Shown: one piece after another, positions 18,056 to 27,966 of the stretch
Layout of the letters: each line of letters opens with the position of its first letter
Position numbering within the stretch: position 1 is the stretch's first letter
Assembly (NCBI GenBank): GCA_963716555.1
Contig: CAVQTJ010000018.1
Span: 392,413 to 456,412 of the forward strand
Source: an uncultured bacterium
Lineage (GTDB): Bacteria; Chloroflexota; Dormibacteria; Aeolococcales; Aeolococcaceae
Direction of reading: 5' to 3'
Length of the DNA: 64,000 nt
The notes under the pieces: model-generated
Database searches by the model: none
Told to the model about the DNA's origin: nothing
The model's input: only the letters and a program-made list of their open reading frames with translations
Translations under genes and position numbers: made by a program

Positions 18056-18218
18056 TGGCATCAGCTTCAACGGGATGGTGTTCACGGCGCCGGCGGGGAT
18101 GGTGATCCCGGCGGGATTGGTCCACGAGGCGACCGCGGGTGGGGGCGGCGTCGAGTGCGTGGAGGCGTTTGAGGGGGGCAGGTAGCTGATGTAGAACGGT
18201 CCGTGCTACAGTGACCGT

Positions 18219-18500
18219 ATGGAACGCCGGGTCTCGGTACGCCGGCTCAACCAGCAGACCAGCGCTGTGCTGGCCGAGGTCAGCCGCGGCCGGGCCGTGA
18301 CCATCACCTCGGGCGGAACGCCGGTCGCGCGCCTGGTGCCCCTGCCCGCCACCTCGCCCTCCCTCGACCGTCTGGTCGCCGCCGGACGGGCGGTGGCACC
18401 GAGCAGCTCCGGACCTCTGAAGCCGGCGCCATCAGCAGGTGATCCGCAGCTGGATGTGGCCGCGTTGCTGGCTGCTGACCGCGCCTCCGAACGCTGGTGA
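18219..18500 (+). CDS. Type II antitoxin (Phd/YefM- or VapB-like) paired with the downstream PIN toxin.
   Basis: 93 aa. It opens with 'VSVRRLNQQTSAVLAEVSRGRAVTITSGGTPVARLVP', a Phd/YefM-like N-terminus. Its stop overlaps the start of the next gene. Confidence 0.7.
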   Translation: MERRVSVRRLNQQTSAVLAEVSRGRAVTITSGGTPVARLVPLPATSPSLDRLVAAGRAVAPSSSGPLKPAPSAGDPQLDVAALLAADRASERW

Positions 18501-18904
18501 TCTATCTCGACACCTCGGCACTGGTGAAGCTCACCAGGGCGGAACCGGCGTCGGACGACCTCGCGGGATGGCTTGGGGAGCGCCGCTCCGCCGCGCTCGT
18601 GGCCTCTGCGCTGGTCGAGGTCGAGCTGCCCCGGGCACTCCGCCGGCACGCACCCGAAGCCCTGGGCCAGGTGCCCGCGGTGCTGGCGAGCCTCTACCTC
18701 CTGGACGTCGATGCCCTGGTCCGCTCGGCCGCTGCCGGCTATCCTGACCCGCGCCTGCGCAGCCTCGATGCCATCCACCTGGCAACCGCCCAACTCGCTG
18801 CCAGCGGGGATGAACCGCTGGAGGCGTTCGTCGCCTACGACGACCGGCTCCTCGTGGCCGCCCGGGGCTTGGGGATCTCCGTCGCCAGTCCCGGCCGCGC
18901 CTGA
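18497..18904 (+). CDS. vapC: PIN-domain ribonuclease toxin VapC.
   Basis: 135 aa. 'MIYLDTSALVKL' supplies the N-terminal catalytic Asp, and later acidic residues such as 'SLDAIHLATA' fit the PIN fold. Confidence 0.75.
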   Translation: MIYLDTSALVKLTRAEPASDDLAGWLGERRSAALVASALVEVELPRALRRHAPEALGQVPAVLASLYLLDVDALVRSAAAGYPDPRLRSLDAIHLATAQLAASGDEPLEAFVAYDDRLLVAARGLGISVASPGRA

Positions 18905-18965
18905 TCCGACGCCTGCGATCCGGTCCGAAACAGGAGGGGCATCTGCGCCATGAGCACCCCGCTGC

Positions 18966-19394
18966 TCACGCGGGAGAGTGCGAGCGAAGGCCGGTGAAGC
19001 GTCGGTAGTCGCTGTCGAAGGTGACCATCGTGGCGCCGTGCTCCAGGCACAGGCTGGCGAGGTGGGCGTCGGCAACCAACTCGCCGCCGCGCCCCGCGGC
19101 TGCCAGCAGCCGGCGCAGATGCTGGGCGTGCCGCCGCCCGGGGTGCACCACCACGGCTGCCGGAGCCGCCAGCCAGGCATCGACGGTGTCCATCGCCTCC
19201 TCCAGGGTCCACGGCCGGCGCAAGACCTGCCGGCCCGTCACCAGGCGGATGAAGCCGATCAGGCTGTGCCACGGCAGCCCGAGGGACTCGGGCGGCCCGC
19301 CCAAGGCCCGGCGGAGCCAGGGGTTCGCGGCGGAGTGGCGAAGATCATGCGGATTGACGGCACTGAGCAGGACGTTGACATCGAGAAGGTCCAC
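18966..19394 (-). CDS. vapC: PIN-domain ribonuclease toxin VapC (second copy, convergent with the first pair).
   Basis: 142 aa. 'MDLLDVNVLLSAV' is followed by 'DAHLASLCLEHGATMVTFDSDYRRF', a classic PIN C-terminal motif. Confidence 0.75.
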   Translation of the reverse strand: MDLLDVNVLLSAVNPHDLRHSAANPWLRRALGGPPESLGLPWHSLIGFIRLVTGRQVLRRPWTLEEAMDTVDAWLAAPAAVVVHPGRRHAQHLRRLLAAAGRGGELVADAHLASLCLEHGATMVTFDSDYRRFTGLRSHSPA

Positions 19395-19655
19395 TCATCG
19401 GCCCTCGCGCAGCTTCGCCAGGGCGTACTGGTCATCGAGCTCGCCAACCAGGTGGTTGGCCTTGGTGATGTCCACCAGGAAGGGGCCGCCACAGTCGTGG
19501 ATGGGGAAGTCGTACGGCGTCGGCTCGGGATCGCTGCCCGAGAACGCCCGGCGGACGGCGTCGTTGACCAACCGCGCCATGCTGAGGCCTCGGTCGCGCA
19601 TCCGCTGGCGCAGGATTCGCTCCACGTCGGGGTCGAGGGTGAGCGTGGTTCTCAT
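19395..19655 (-). CDS. vapB: VapB-family antitoxin (ribbon-helix-helix/CopG-like). The probable start is M at 'MRTTLTLD'; the ORF track extends it to 19694.
   Basis: 'MRTTLTLDPDVERILRQRMRDRGLSMARLVNDAVRRAF' is an RHH-like fold. Its stop abuts the vapC start. Confidence 0.65.
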   Translation of the reverse strand: MRTTLTLDPDVERILRQRMRDRGLSMARLVNDAVRRAFSGSDPEPTPYDFPIHDCGGPFLVDITKANHLVGELDDQYALAKLREGR

Positions 19656-19680
19656 AGCATCATGATGCCATACTACGAAG

Positions 19681-20334
19681 ATGCGAGACATCACAGCCGA
19701 TCTGGTCCAGCTGCAGGTGGTGGTCGATCCGATCTTCGACCAGAACTGCTACATCCTCAGGCGACGCGACACCGACCGCTGTCTGGTCGTCGACCCGGGG
19801 TTGCAGGTCCAGGAGACGCTGCGTCTCCTGGAGCAGCAGGGTTGGGGCTGCGACCGCATCCTGGTCACCCATGGGCATCCCGACCACGTGGCCGGAGTGC
19901 CGGCGGTCAGGGCGGCACACCGCTGCTCCGCCGCCATCCATCCCGATGACCGCTTCCTGCTGGAGGGCGCGCCGAGGCTACGCGGGACCAACGGCGACGT
20001 GGGCACGGTGGAGTGCGATGAAGACCTGACCGGCGGACAGGTGATCGCCTGGCGGGAGCTGCGGATCTCAGTTCTGCACACGCCCGGGCACACCCCGGGG
20101 TCGGTGTCCTTCCTGGTCTCGCCCGATCTGCTGAGCGGCGACACCCTGTTCCGCCGCAGCATCGGGCGCACCGATCTGCCCGGCGGTTCGATGGAGGCGC
20201 TGCTGGTCTCGATCCAGGATCGCCTCTACCCGTTGCCTGCTGAGACGGTGGTGCATCCCGGTCACGGTCCGGAGACCACGATCGGCGAGGAGATGCGGTC
20301 CAACCCCTTCGTCCGCCATCCGCGCTACCGCTGA
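19681..20334 (+). CDS. MBL-fold metallo-hydrolase (hydroxyacylglutathione hydrolase-like).
   Basis: 'THGHPDHVAG' is the HxHxDH motif, with later 'TPGHTPG' and 'HPGHG' metal ligands. 217 aa. Confidence 0.8.
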   Translation: MRDITADLVQLQVVVDPIFDQNCYILRRRDTDRCLVVDPGLQVQETLRLLEQQGWGCDRILVTHGHPDHVAGVPAVRAAHRCSAAIHPDDRFLLEGAPRLRGTNGDVGTVECDEDLTGGQVIAWRELRISVLHTPGHTPGSVSFLVSPDLLSGDTLFRRSIGRTDLPGGSMEALLVSIQDRLYPLPAETVVHPGHGPETTIGEEMRSNPFVRHPRYR

Positions 20335-20406
20335 GCCCTGCCCGTGGACCGGGACCATCGCCGGATGGTCCCGGTCACAGGCGAGTGCTGGCTACGGGTT
20401 GGACGG

Positions 20407-23400
20407 CTACGCGCCCACCGTGTACGCGTAGGGGAAGGAGACCAGCTGGTCCGAGCTGAGGGTGTTGAAGTTGAAGGTCTCCAGGCTCAGGAACCCGCTG
20501 ACCTGGGTGCCCACCGGGTCGGTCGGGGTGATCGTCACCGAGATGGTGCCGCTCTGACCGGGATTCAGCACCAGAGGGTCGTAGGTGCTGGTGCCGAGCT
20601 CCAGGTCGCCCCAGAGGTTGCCGGCCGAGGTGGACACATCGCCAGCGAAGGCGTTGGTGACCGCCAGCGCCCCGCAGCTGTAGGTGGTGTTCGGAGCCGT
20701 GGTCGCGAACGGGCCCTGCTCCGACGGGGCGCACGACCAGATCGAGGCCGGGAGGTCGTCGGCCGTCGCCAGCGCGATGGCCGCGTCGCCGAAGGAGAAG
20801 GCCTCCACGTCCGGGGTGCCGAAATCGGGACTGGTATCGAGGGTGATCGGCACAGTCGAGGTCGCCGCCATCTCCATCTCCGGGCTGTACGGCGGGACCA
20901 GGAACTGCGGAATGAGGCCGCCGTTGGTGATCGGCAGCGGCTCATTCGCGGGCGAGGCGAAGAGGGCGGTCAGCGGAAGGATGGTCTGCTGGTCGCGGCG
21001 AGCGTCGACCATGAAGGCCTCCTGCTGCTCGCCGGTGTTGGTCACCTTGATCGTCGCCGTGTCGCTGCTGCCCTGCGGGATCACCGTCTTGGCCTTGTCG
21101 GGCAGCTGGTGCGCCCGCGCCTGGACCTGGTTGTCGGCGAGGGACACCGTGAAGCGGGTGCTGGTCAGCACCGATTCGACATCGTTGACCTGGACCACGT
21201 CGAGGGACCATCGACCGGGCGCCGGGTCCTGCCAGAACAGGGAGATCGTCTGGCCTTGGGCGCCGCTGCCGTTCCACTGCGCCGAGCTCTGAACGTCGTC
21301 CAGCGTGCCGGCGGGATCGACCAGGAAGGCGAGCACCTGGTAACCGGGGTTGTCGATCGTGACATTGGCCTCGATGTCACTCTGGCCGGGCCGGACGTCG
21401 AACTGGTAGGGGAGCTCCTGGCCGTAGAAGGACATCCTCGAGTTGCCACCGGTCATGGTGGCGCTGAACGTCTTGCCCACCCTGGCCAGGCTGCGCAGCG
21501 TGATCGCCACCGTGGCCCGGGCTGGGTCGCCGCCCGGGGCGGGACCGAAGACCAGGGACTCAGAGGTGTCGCCGGGGGTCGCCGGCGTGGTCACGGTGAC
21601 CGCGAAGTTCGCCGACGCCCCGGGGAGGATCACCGCCGACGCCGGAGACACCGCACCGTGCACCGTCTGGAACGACTGCGAGGTGATCGAGTAGGTCAGC
21701 GGTCCGGTGTACTGGTCGGGTCCCGCAAAGGCGGTGTCGAAGGTCACCAGCTCCCACATTCCCGGCTGGGCGTCGTGCACCTCGTCCTGGCTGAATCCGC
21801 CGCCGGCTGAGCCCACCGGGCCCTGCGGTCGTGACTGCAGGACCAGCTGGCCCTCGGGGTTGAACAGGTCGAAACGAACCGTCTGGAAATCCGGGTTGGC
21901 CGCCAGAGACTGCTGCCAGGCGATCGATGCCGCCAGCCGGTCGGTGCCCGCCGGCACCTTGAACTTGACGTAGTGCAGGTCGCCGACGATCTGACCGGTC
22001 TGGTAGACGAAGGTCGGATCGGTCGCCTGATCGAGCGCCAGCGTCCCCCTGGCGATGGTGCTGGCCGGCCCGAGAGCGCGAACCGACGGCGACACGGTCT
22101 GCGCGATCTTCCCGTCATTGGTGACGGTCTCGATGGTCGTGCTCGAGGTGTTGGGAGTGGCGACGCTGCTGATGGAGTTGGTCGAGTAGAGCAGCGCGTT
22201 CCCGGTCTTGGTCGGCAGCTGGTAGGAGAGAGCGGCCTGGACCGCGCGATAGGCGTCGAGAAGGCCGGCACCCTGGTCATCGGCCCGGGTGTCGAGGTCG
22301 CGCGCTGTGCTCATCAGGATCTGCTTGACCACCGCCGGCGACGGGGTGACGCCGCCGTGCTTCTCGCGATAGGCCTGGATCACCAGCGCCGCCACGCCGG
22401 CGGTGAGCGGAGCCGACTCGCTGGTCCCGCCAAAGGCGACGATGGGCTGGGGTGCAGTGCCGTTGTAGATGTCCGCGCACTCGGTGAACACAGCCGTGTT
22501 GGTCGAGCAGTCAGCCCAGCCGGCTTCACCCGGAGCCAGGACGTCGATGGTCTGGTCGCCCTCGGTGATTCCGGAGCTGCTGAGGCCGGAAATCTGATCG
22601 CTGAGCCAGCCACCGCTGCCGTCCAGCTGAATGCCGTACGAGGTGGTCTGCTGGTAGAGCCGGTAATCCGTGGTGGCACCCGCCGAGATGACCCCGGGGT
22701 CGAGCGAGGGCGTGGCGATTGTGTTGGTGCTGCCGGCGTCGCCGCTGCTGACCACCACCGTGATCCCGGCGTTCACGGCGTCCTGGTCGGCGACCGCGAT
22801 CGGGTCGGTACCGGGGTTGGGCACCGGGTTCTCGCCGAAGGACTCGCTGAGGATGTTGACGTGGTCGACGTTGACCGCCCAGTCGATCCCCTGGAGGATC
22901 TCGCTGTTGAAGGCGAAGTTGGTGTCGCCGAATACCTTCATCACCGCCAGGCTGGCTCCGGGGGCGACACCCTCGATCTTGATGTTGCAGCCCGCAGGCA
23001 GCGGATAGGCGGGGTTGACCTCTCCGCTCAGGTCGAAGACCTCGTTGCCCTGGGAGATGATCGAGCTGGCGTCACCGAATGCCTCCTCGCCGCCGGTGAC
23101 CCCTCCGGTCCCCTCACCGCTGAAGTCCTCGTAGTCGAAGATCGCCGATGTCCCGCCGCGTTGGAAGTCGGGGATGTTGGGGTCGAGACCGTCGGGGAAG
23201 ACGGCGACCTTGACCCCGGCGCCGTTGGCCAGCGAGTGTGCCGCAGGTGGGCCACCGGGCCCGAAGTCCACGTCCAGGGACTGGAGCGCCTCAGGCTCGA
23301 GCAGCGGCTTCGATGGGTTGGAGGGGCAGGCCTGGGCCGGCGTCCCCGAGCCCTCTGTGGTGGAGGATGCGCTCGACGAGCTGTCCGCCCCCGCCGTCAC

Positions 23401-23970
23401 CGAGGTGTCGGACGGCACGGCAACCAACTGCGGGGTCGACGGCGACGCTTCGACCTGGGTGTCCGGGACCACCGCGAGCACCGCCGGGTCCTGCTCCAGG
23501 CGGCTCACCTCCGCGGTGGACACGGTGGCGGAGACCGCGTTCACGAACGAGTTGGCGTGGATCCCCGGGGCGTGGAGCTGCGACAGCTCATGGGTGATCG
23601 GGCTCTGGTCGGCGGCGAGCAGGGCGCTTCGACCGGAGCCCGGCGCGGCTGCCTCCGGGTGCTGATCCTTGAGCAGCACGATCACCTTCTGGTTCTCGTT
23701 CTGGGACAGGGACTGGATCTGCTGGGGGGTGAGGGCCGACAGATAGGTCTTGGGGATGGTCGGACCGCTCGCCGCCTGGGCCGCGGTCGGCCCCGCGCCG
23801 GTGGCCACGATCACGCTCGCGGCGGTGCCAACCACCACCGCCCACCAACGCTGTCGGAGAAGCCGTGTGGCCACCTCGCGCCCTCCTTCCTGCACCCGAA
23901 CCTCCTCTCTGGTCGAGGGCGGGTGCCCTTTCGACCAGGAGAATGTACGCTGCCGCACCGCGCGCCACAA
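20407..23970 (-). CDS. Large secreted S8-family (subtilisin-like) serine peptidase with long C-terminal beta-rich extensions.
   Basis: 1187 aa with an N-terminal signal peptide. The catalytic His region is 'VNILSESFG' and the catalytic Ser region is 'GGTSESAPLTAGVAALV'. The C-terminal ~600 aa are Thr/Ser/Val-rich and look like beta domains. Confidence 0.8.
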   Translation of the reverse strand: MWRAVRQRTFSWSKGHPPSTREEVRVQEGGREVATRLLRQRWWAVVVGTAASVIVATGAGPTAAQAASGPTIPKTYLSALTPQQIQSLSQNENQKVIVLLKDQHPEAAAPGSGRSALLAADQSPITHELSQLHAPGIHANSFVNAVSATVSTAEVSRLEQDPAVLAVVPDTQVEASPSTPQLVAVPSDTSVTAGADSSSSASSTTEGSGTPAQACPSNPSKPLLEPEALQSLDVDFGPGGPPAAHSLANGAGVKVAVFPDGLDPNIPDFQRGGTSAIFDYEDFSGEGTGGVTGGEEAFGDASSIISQGNEVFDLSGEVNPAYPLPAGCNIKIEGVAPGASLAVMKVFGDTNFAFNSEILQGIDWAVNVDHVNILSESFGENPVPNPGTDPIAVADQDAVNAGITVVVSSGDAGSTNTIATPSLDPGVISAGATTDYRLYQQTTSYGIQLDGSGGWLSDQISGLSSSGITEGDQTIDVLAPGEAGWADCSTNTAVFTECADIYNGTAPQPIVAFGGTSESAPLTAGVAALVIQAYREKHGGVTPSPAVVKQILMSTARDLDTRADDQGAGLLDAYRAVQAALSYQLPTKTGNALLYSTNSISSVATPNTSSTTIETVTNDGKIAQTVSPSVRALGPASTIARGTLALDQATDPTFVYQTGQIVGDLHYVKFKVPAGTDRLAASIAWQQSLAANPDFQTVRFDLFNPEGQLVLQSRPQGPVGSAGGGFSQDEVHDAQPGMWELVTFDTAFAGPDQYTGPLTYSITSQSFQTVHGAVSPASAVILPGASANFAVTVTTPATPGDTSESLVFGPAPGGDPARATVAITLRSLARVGKTFSATMTGGNSRMSFYGQELPYQFDVRPGQSDIEANVTIDNPGYQVLAFLVDPAGTLDDVQSSAQWNGSGAQGQTISLFWQDPAPGRWSLDVVQVNDVESVLTSTRFTVSLADNQVQARAHQLPDKAKTVIPQGSSDTATIKVTNTGEQQEAFMVDARRDQQTILPLTALFASPANEPLPITNGGLIPQFLVPPYSPEMEMAATSTVPITLDTSPDFGTPDVEAFSFGDAAIALATADDLPASIWSCAPSEQGPFATTAPNTTYSCGALAVTNAFAGDVSTSAGNLWGDLELGTSTYDPLVLNPGQSGTISVTITPTDPVGTQVSGFLSLETFNFNTLSSDQLVSFPYAYTVGA

Positions 23971-24043
23971 GTCCCAGCCGCCACAACCTCCGCAGCCGGC
24001 CTCCGTGGAATGAAAGGCTCAGCCGCACCGATCGCGGTTTTGG

Positions 24044-24616
24044 TCAGGCCGGCCCCAGGCGCTCCAGGAGGTCGTGAACGATGCCGCCGGTGACCCCCCA
24101 GATGGTCCGCCCCCCGGCCTCGTAGAAGTGAACCAGGCGCGCCTCGCCCGAGGCCGTGGGCAGATCACGGACGGTGTGGGGCGCGCGGCGGAGGTGGGCG
24201 AGGGGCAGCCAGAACCATTCGGCCACCTCGTAGCCGTCGCCACGGACTGCGAAGGGGCGCTTCAGCAGTGCGACAACCGGGGTCAGCCAGAGATCGGAGC
24301 GAGCGGTGAGGCGGGCCGGCAGGGTGCCCACCACCTCCACGCCGGCGGGGTCGAGACCCACCTCCTCTCCCGCCTCACGCAGCGCGGTGGCCACCAGGTC
24401 GGGATCATCGGGCTCCCGCGATCCACCGGGAAAGCCGATCTGGCCGGCGTGGAGGCGGAGGTGATCAGCCCGGCGGACAAAGAGCAGCGGCAGTCCTGGG
24501 GTGGTGGGATCGGCGAGCATGAGGACCGCCGCCTCGCGCCGGCCGGGTGGCGGCGCCGGCGAGGCGCCGAGTGCCTGCACCGCGCCGCGCAGCTCGTCGA
24601 CCAGCTCCGGGGTCAC
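24044..24616 (-). CDS. NUDIX hydrolase (CoA pyrophosphatase-like).
   Basis: Nudix box 'GFPGGSREPDDPDLVATALREAGEEVGL'. 190 aa. Confidence 0.75.
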   Translation of the reverse strand: MTPELVDELRGAVQALGASPAPPPGRREAAVLMLADPTTPGLPLLFVRRADHLRLHAGQIGFPGGSREPDDPDLVATALREAGEEVGLDPAGVEVVGTLPARLTARSDLWLTPVVALLKRPFAVRGDGYEVAEWFWLPLAHLRRAPHTVRDLPTASGEARLVHFYEAGGRTIWGVTGGIVHDLLERLGPA

Positions 24617-24678
24617 TCCCCGACTATGCGGTCGCGGCCATCACCGCGGACCGAGTACCCACCCACCCCGGGGCGCCG

Positions 24679-24850
24679 TCAGCGCTGCGAGCCCGCGTGC
24701 TCCAGCGCGGTTTCGAGGCGCCACATCGCGTCGGCCCTGGCGATCGCCTCGCCGAGCAGCCCTGCGAACTGACGCTGGCGGACGTAGCGCTGGGCCGCCT
24801 CGGTCTCGTCGGCGTCCGCCGCGATCTGCTCCGGCCTCTTGGCGATCATT
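24679..24850 (-). CDS. Small hypothetical helical protein of about 57 aa. It is not in the ORF track.
   Basis: My reverse translation reads 'MIAKRPEQIAADADETEAAQRYVRQRQFAGLLGEAIARADAMWRLETALEHAGSQR*'. It has an ATG start and protein-like composition. Confidence 0.3.
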
Positions 24851-24967
24851 CTGGGGCTCTCCTCGTATCCTTACCCGCCGTGTGGTGTGCGGGCCCGGTT
24901 CCCATGAAACGTACGCCGGCCTTGGAGGGATTCGGGTCACGTCCCCTCCGAGGCTCGTTGAAGGTCC

Positions 24968-25360
24968 GTGAAGGCTGTTCAAGGACGTGCGACGGACTGT
25001 GACGGGGTGCAGACGGGCCCCGCGGCTGACGGACCAAAAGTGTCTTTCGAAACGGACGTGCCACGCTCCGTCACACGTCCGGAACGGCCCCCGTGCCCGC
25101 TCTGCGGCGGCGAGCTGCGCTTCTCCCACCGGGAGTACGCGAGGCTCGGTCGCTCGGCGTCGGTGCTGCGCTGCCGGGCCTGCGGTGGCGAGGTCAGGGG
25201 CGAGCAGCGCTCCGACCGTGACCGACCCGGTCAGACCACCGGTCGCCGCCGGCCGATGCCCGAGGGGGGCCAGCCGGACAACTTCGTGCTCGACCCGAGC
25301 ACGGCGGACCGGCTGCTCCGCTCAGCTGGGGGGCGACGAGGCCGAGCCCCCGAGGAGTGA
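24968..25360 (+). CDS. Hypothetical small protein with a CxxC...CxxC zinc-ribbon. The start is uncertain.
   Basis: 'CPLCGGELRF...LRCRACGGEV' forms two CxxC pairs. The composition is Arg-rich, so coding status is uncertain. Confidence 0.25.
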   Translation: MKAVQGRATDCDGVQTGPAADGPKVSFETDVPRSVTRPERPPCPLCGGELRFSHREYARLGRSASVLRCRACGGEVRGEQRSDRDRPGQTTGRRRPMPEGGQPDNFVLDPSTADRLLRSAGGRRGRAPEE

Positions 25361-25370
25361 GCGCCCTGCT

Positions 25371-26108
25371 CTAGGCGGGGCGTGGAATCTCAACCGCCCC
25401 GGGAGCTGGGCAGTATTGGTCAAACCAGGCCATAACGTCGCTTTCGACCTGGTCGCGGTCGACGTCGACGGACATGCCGTGGCCGCTGCGCGGGAACATC
25501 CGGCGGCGCGACGGCGCGGCTGCAGAGCAGCCGGCGCTCGATCTCCGCGGCGTTGGCGGGATCGATGACCTGGTCGCGCTCGCCGTGGAGGATGAGCACC
25601 GGCGCACGGACCGAGACCAGCTCGTCGCGGACCTGGGCGAGCAGGCGCATCAGCTCGTGGATGGAGCGGGTGGAGCGGCGGCCGTAGGACCACAGCTCCT
25701 CGATGCCCTCGGAGGCGGTAGAGGTCGATCTCGCCGTGGGGACGGTCCCAGCGGTAGACGTACTTGACGACGGGGAGAAGCCAGGGGCCCGGTCCGGTGA
25801 GCCAGACCGGGGTGGCCAGGCAGGCGACCGCCGCGATGTCCGGCTCGGTGGCGGCCAGGTGGAGGGCGATCGCGCCCCCCGCCGACTGGCCGGCGATGAC
25901 CACGCTCGCGCACTCGGCGCGGAGCACGGTCGAGGGCCGCCCTCGCCGACTCGGCCCAGTCCGACCAGCTGGTCCGGCTCAGCGCCTCGGGGGTGGTGCC
26001 GTGGCCGGCGAGCAGCGGTCCGTGACACCGCCACCCGTCGGCGGCCAGCCGCTCACCGAGGCGGCGCAGCTCGGGCGCGGTGCCGGCGAAGCCGTGGAGC
26101 AGGAGCAC
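25371..26108 (-). pseudogene. Alpha/beta-hydrolase (carboxylesterase/lipase-like) gene broken into at least four frames.
   Basis: The N-terminal piece 'MLLLHGFAGTAPELRRLGERLAADGWRCHGPLLAGHG' is in one frame. The nucleophile region 'VVIAGQSAGGAIALHLAA' is in a second. 'VLILHGERDQVIDPANAAEIERRL' is in a third. The C-terminal His region 'FPRSGHGMSVD' is in a fourth. The colinear order is preserved across three frameshifts. Confidence 0.6.
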
Positions 26109-26221
26109 CCCTCGCGGCCGGCTCCGATCCGCCAGCCGGCCACCACCTCGGGGTCGAAGGGCTTGTCGGTGCGCGCCGCCATCCGTGCCGAGTGTAGTCG
26201 GCGGTGCTACCGTGCGCCTGC

Positions 26222-27250
26222 CATGACCGACGTGATCGTAGCGCCCTCAATCGGTCGTCGAGGGGCACGACCTCGACGTCGCGACCGCCCGGGAGGTGAT
26301 GGACGGATCATGGAGGGGGCGGCCACCCCGGCCCAGATGGGCGCCATCCTGGCCGCGCTCCGGGTCAAGGGCGAGACCATCGACGAGCTGACCGGGATGG
26401 TGACGTCGATGCGCGACCACGCCGTCCTGGTCGAAGCTCGGCGCTCCGGCGGTCGACACCTGCGGCACCGGCGGCGACCTCTCGCGCACCTTCAACATCT
26501 CGACCGCGGCCGCCCTGGTGGTCGCCGGAGCCGGATGCCCGGTGGCCAAGCACGGCAACCGGGCTCAGCTCGTCGCAGTGCGGCAGCGCGGACGTCCTCG
26601 AGGCCCTGGGGGTGGCCATCTCGCTGCCCCCGGCCGGGGTGGTGCGCTGCATCCGAGGTGCCGGGATCGGGTTTCATGCTGGCACCCGTCTACCACCCCG
26701 CGATGCGCCACGTCGGGATGGTGCGCCGGGAGCTCGGCATTCGCACCGTCTTCAACGTCATCGGGCCGCTGGCCAACCCCGCCCGGGTCCGCCACCAGCT
26801 GATCGGCACCCCCTCGGCCGCGCTGGCGGAGAAGATGGCGGGGGTGCTGCTCCAGCTCGGGCACCGGCGGGCGGTGGTGTTCTCCGGTCCCGACGGCGTC
26901 GACGAGCTGGTCCTCCACGCTCCCTGCCCGCGCCTGGGTGGTGGAGGAGGGGAGGGTCGAGGAGATCGATCATCGACCCCGCCCGGCTCGGGGTCAGCTC
27001 CGCGCCGCTCTCGGCGCTCGCCGGCGGGGACCCCGCCGACAACGCCTAGCGGATGCGCTCGGTGCTCGCCGGAGATGCCGGGCCGCTTCGGGATTGCGTG
27101 CTCCTCAACGCCGGGGCCGCCCTCTACGCGGCGGAGCGGGTGCCGAGCATCGAGGCCGGCATGGAGGAGGCCGAGCGGGCCCTCGACCGGGGCGCCGCCC
27201 AGGCCCGGCTGGACCTGCTCGTCCAGGTCTCGACCGAGGCCGCGGCGTGA
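26222..27250 (+). pseudogene. trpD: Anthranilate phosphoribosyltransferase (trpD) with several frameshifts and an internal TAG at 27047-27049.
   Basis: Colinear TrpD segments lie in alternating frames: 'VVEGHDLDVATAREVMDG', then 'IMEGAATPAQMGAILAALRVKGETIDELTGMV', then '[39 protein letters not shown]', then '[16 protein letters not shown]', then '[37 protein letters not shown]', then 'SIIDPARLGVSSAPLSALAGGDPADNA', then a stop, then 'RMRSVLAGDAGPLRDCVLLNAGAALYAA'. Confidence 0.65.
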
Positions 27251-27941
27251 CCCGGGGCCGCGCCCTTCTCGCCCTTCAGGAGCAGGACGAGAGGATCGCC
27301 GCCCTGCGCCGGGAGATCGCCGACCTGGAGGCGGTCCTGCGCGGCGAGTCCGAGTCGGACCGGCTCCGCGAGCAGTCCGAGGCCGAGGCGGCCCGGCGCA
27401 CCGCCGAGCTCGCCGGACGCAGCGTGGAGAAGGACCTGGCCGGGATCCGCCATCGCGCCCGCACCCTCGAGAAGCGGCTCTACGACGGCTCGGTTCACAA
27501 CCCCCAGGAGCTGCTCGGGATGCAGCACGACCTCGACTCGCTGCGGCCGATGATCGAGGAGCTGGAGGGGCGCCTCCTCGAGTCCATGGAGGTGAGCGAG
27601 CGTGCCGAGGCGGATCTGAGCCAGGCGCGCGCCACGGTGACGGAGCGCGAGGAGGAGCGGCGCTCCCAGGAGGGTCCCCGCCGCGACCGCCTGGCGGCGG
27701 CGGGGCGGGAGCTCGCCGAGCACGCCAGGCGGCCCGGGCAGAGACGGCAGCCGCGATCGACCCCGCTGACCTCCGGGTCTACGATCGGATCGCCGCTCGC
27801 CGCCAGCCGGCGGTGGTCCACCTGGAGGGCGACAGCTGTGGCGGCTGCCACCTCCCGCTCGCCGTCCGCGAGGTCCGGGAGGCCCGCTACGGCGACGGCG
27901 TGGTCCAGTGCAGCCGGTGCGACCGGGTGGTGACCCGCTGA
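27248..27941 (+). CDS. COG1579-type zinc-ribbon/coiled-coil protein, frameshifted once at about 27730-27745.
   Basis: The N-terminal coiled coil 'LLALQEQDERIAALRREIADLEAV...' is in frame 1. The C-terminal zinc ribbon 'VVHLEGDSCGGCHLPLAVREVREARYGDGVVQCSRCDRVV' is in frame 0. A GTG start overlaps the trpD-remnant stop. Confidence 0.55.
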
Positions 27942-27966
27942 CCCCAAGCGCCGCGTTGCGTCCCTC

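Noticed and set aside
18056-18218. 163-bp gap after the PCD gene with G-rich runs
   Set aside because: I considered a riboswitch or small RNA, but saw no recognisable conserved motif. It is probably just the promoter region of the first VapBC pair.
21973-24093. 706-aa + strand ORF
   Set aside because: It is antisense to the S8 peptidase gene. Its composition is Gly/Arg/Asp-biased.
25764-27941. 725-aa + strand ORF
   Set aside because: It is a chimeric open frame running through the alpha/beta-hydrolase antisense, one frame of the trpD remnant and the tail of the COG1579 gene. It is not a single real protein.
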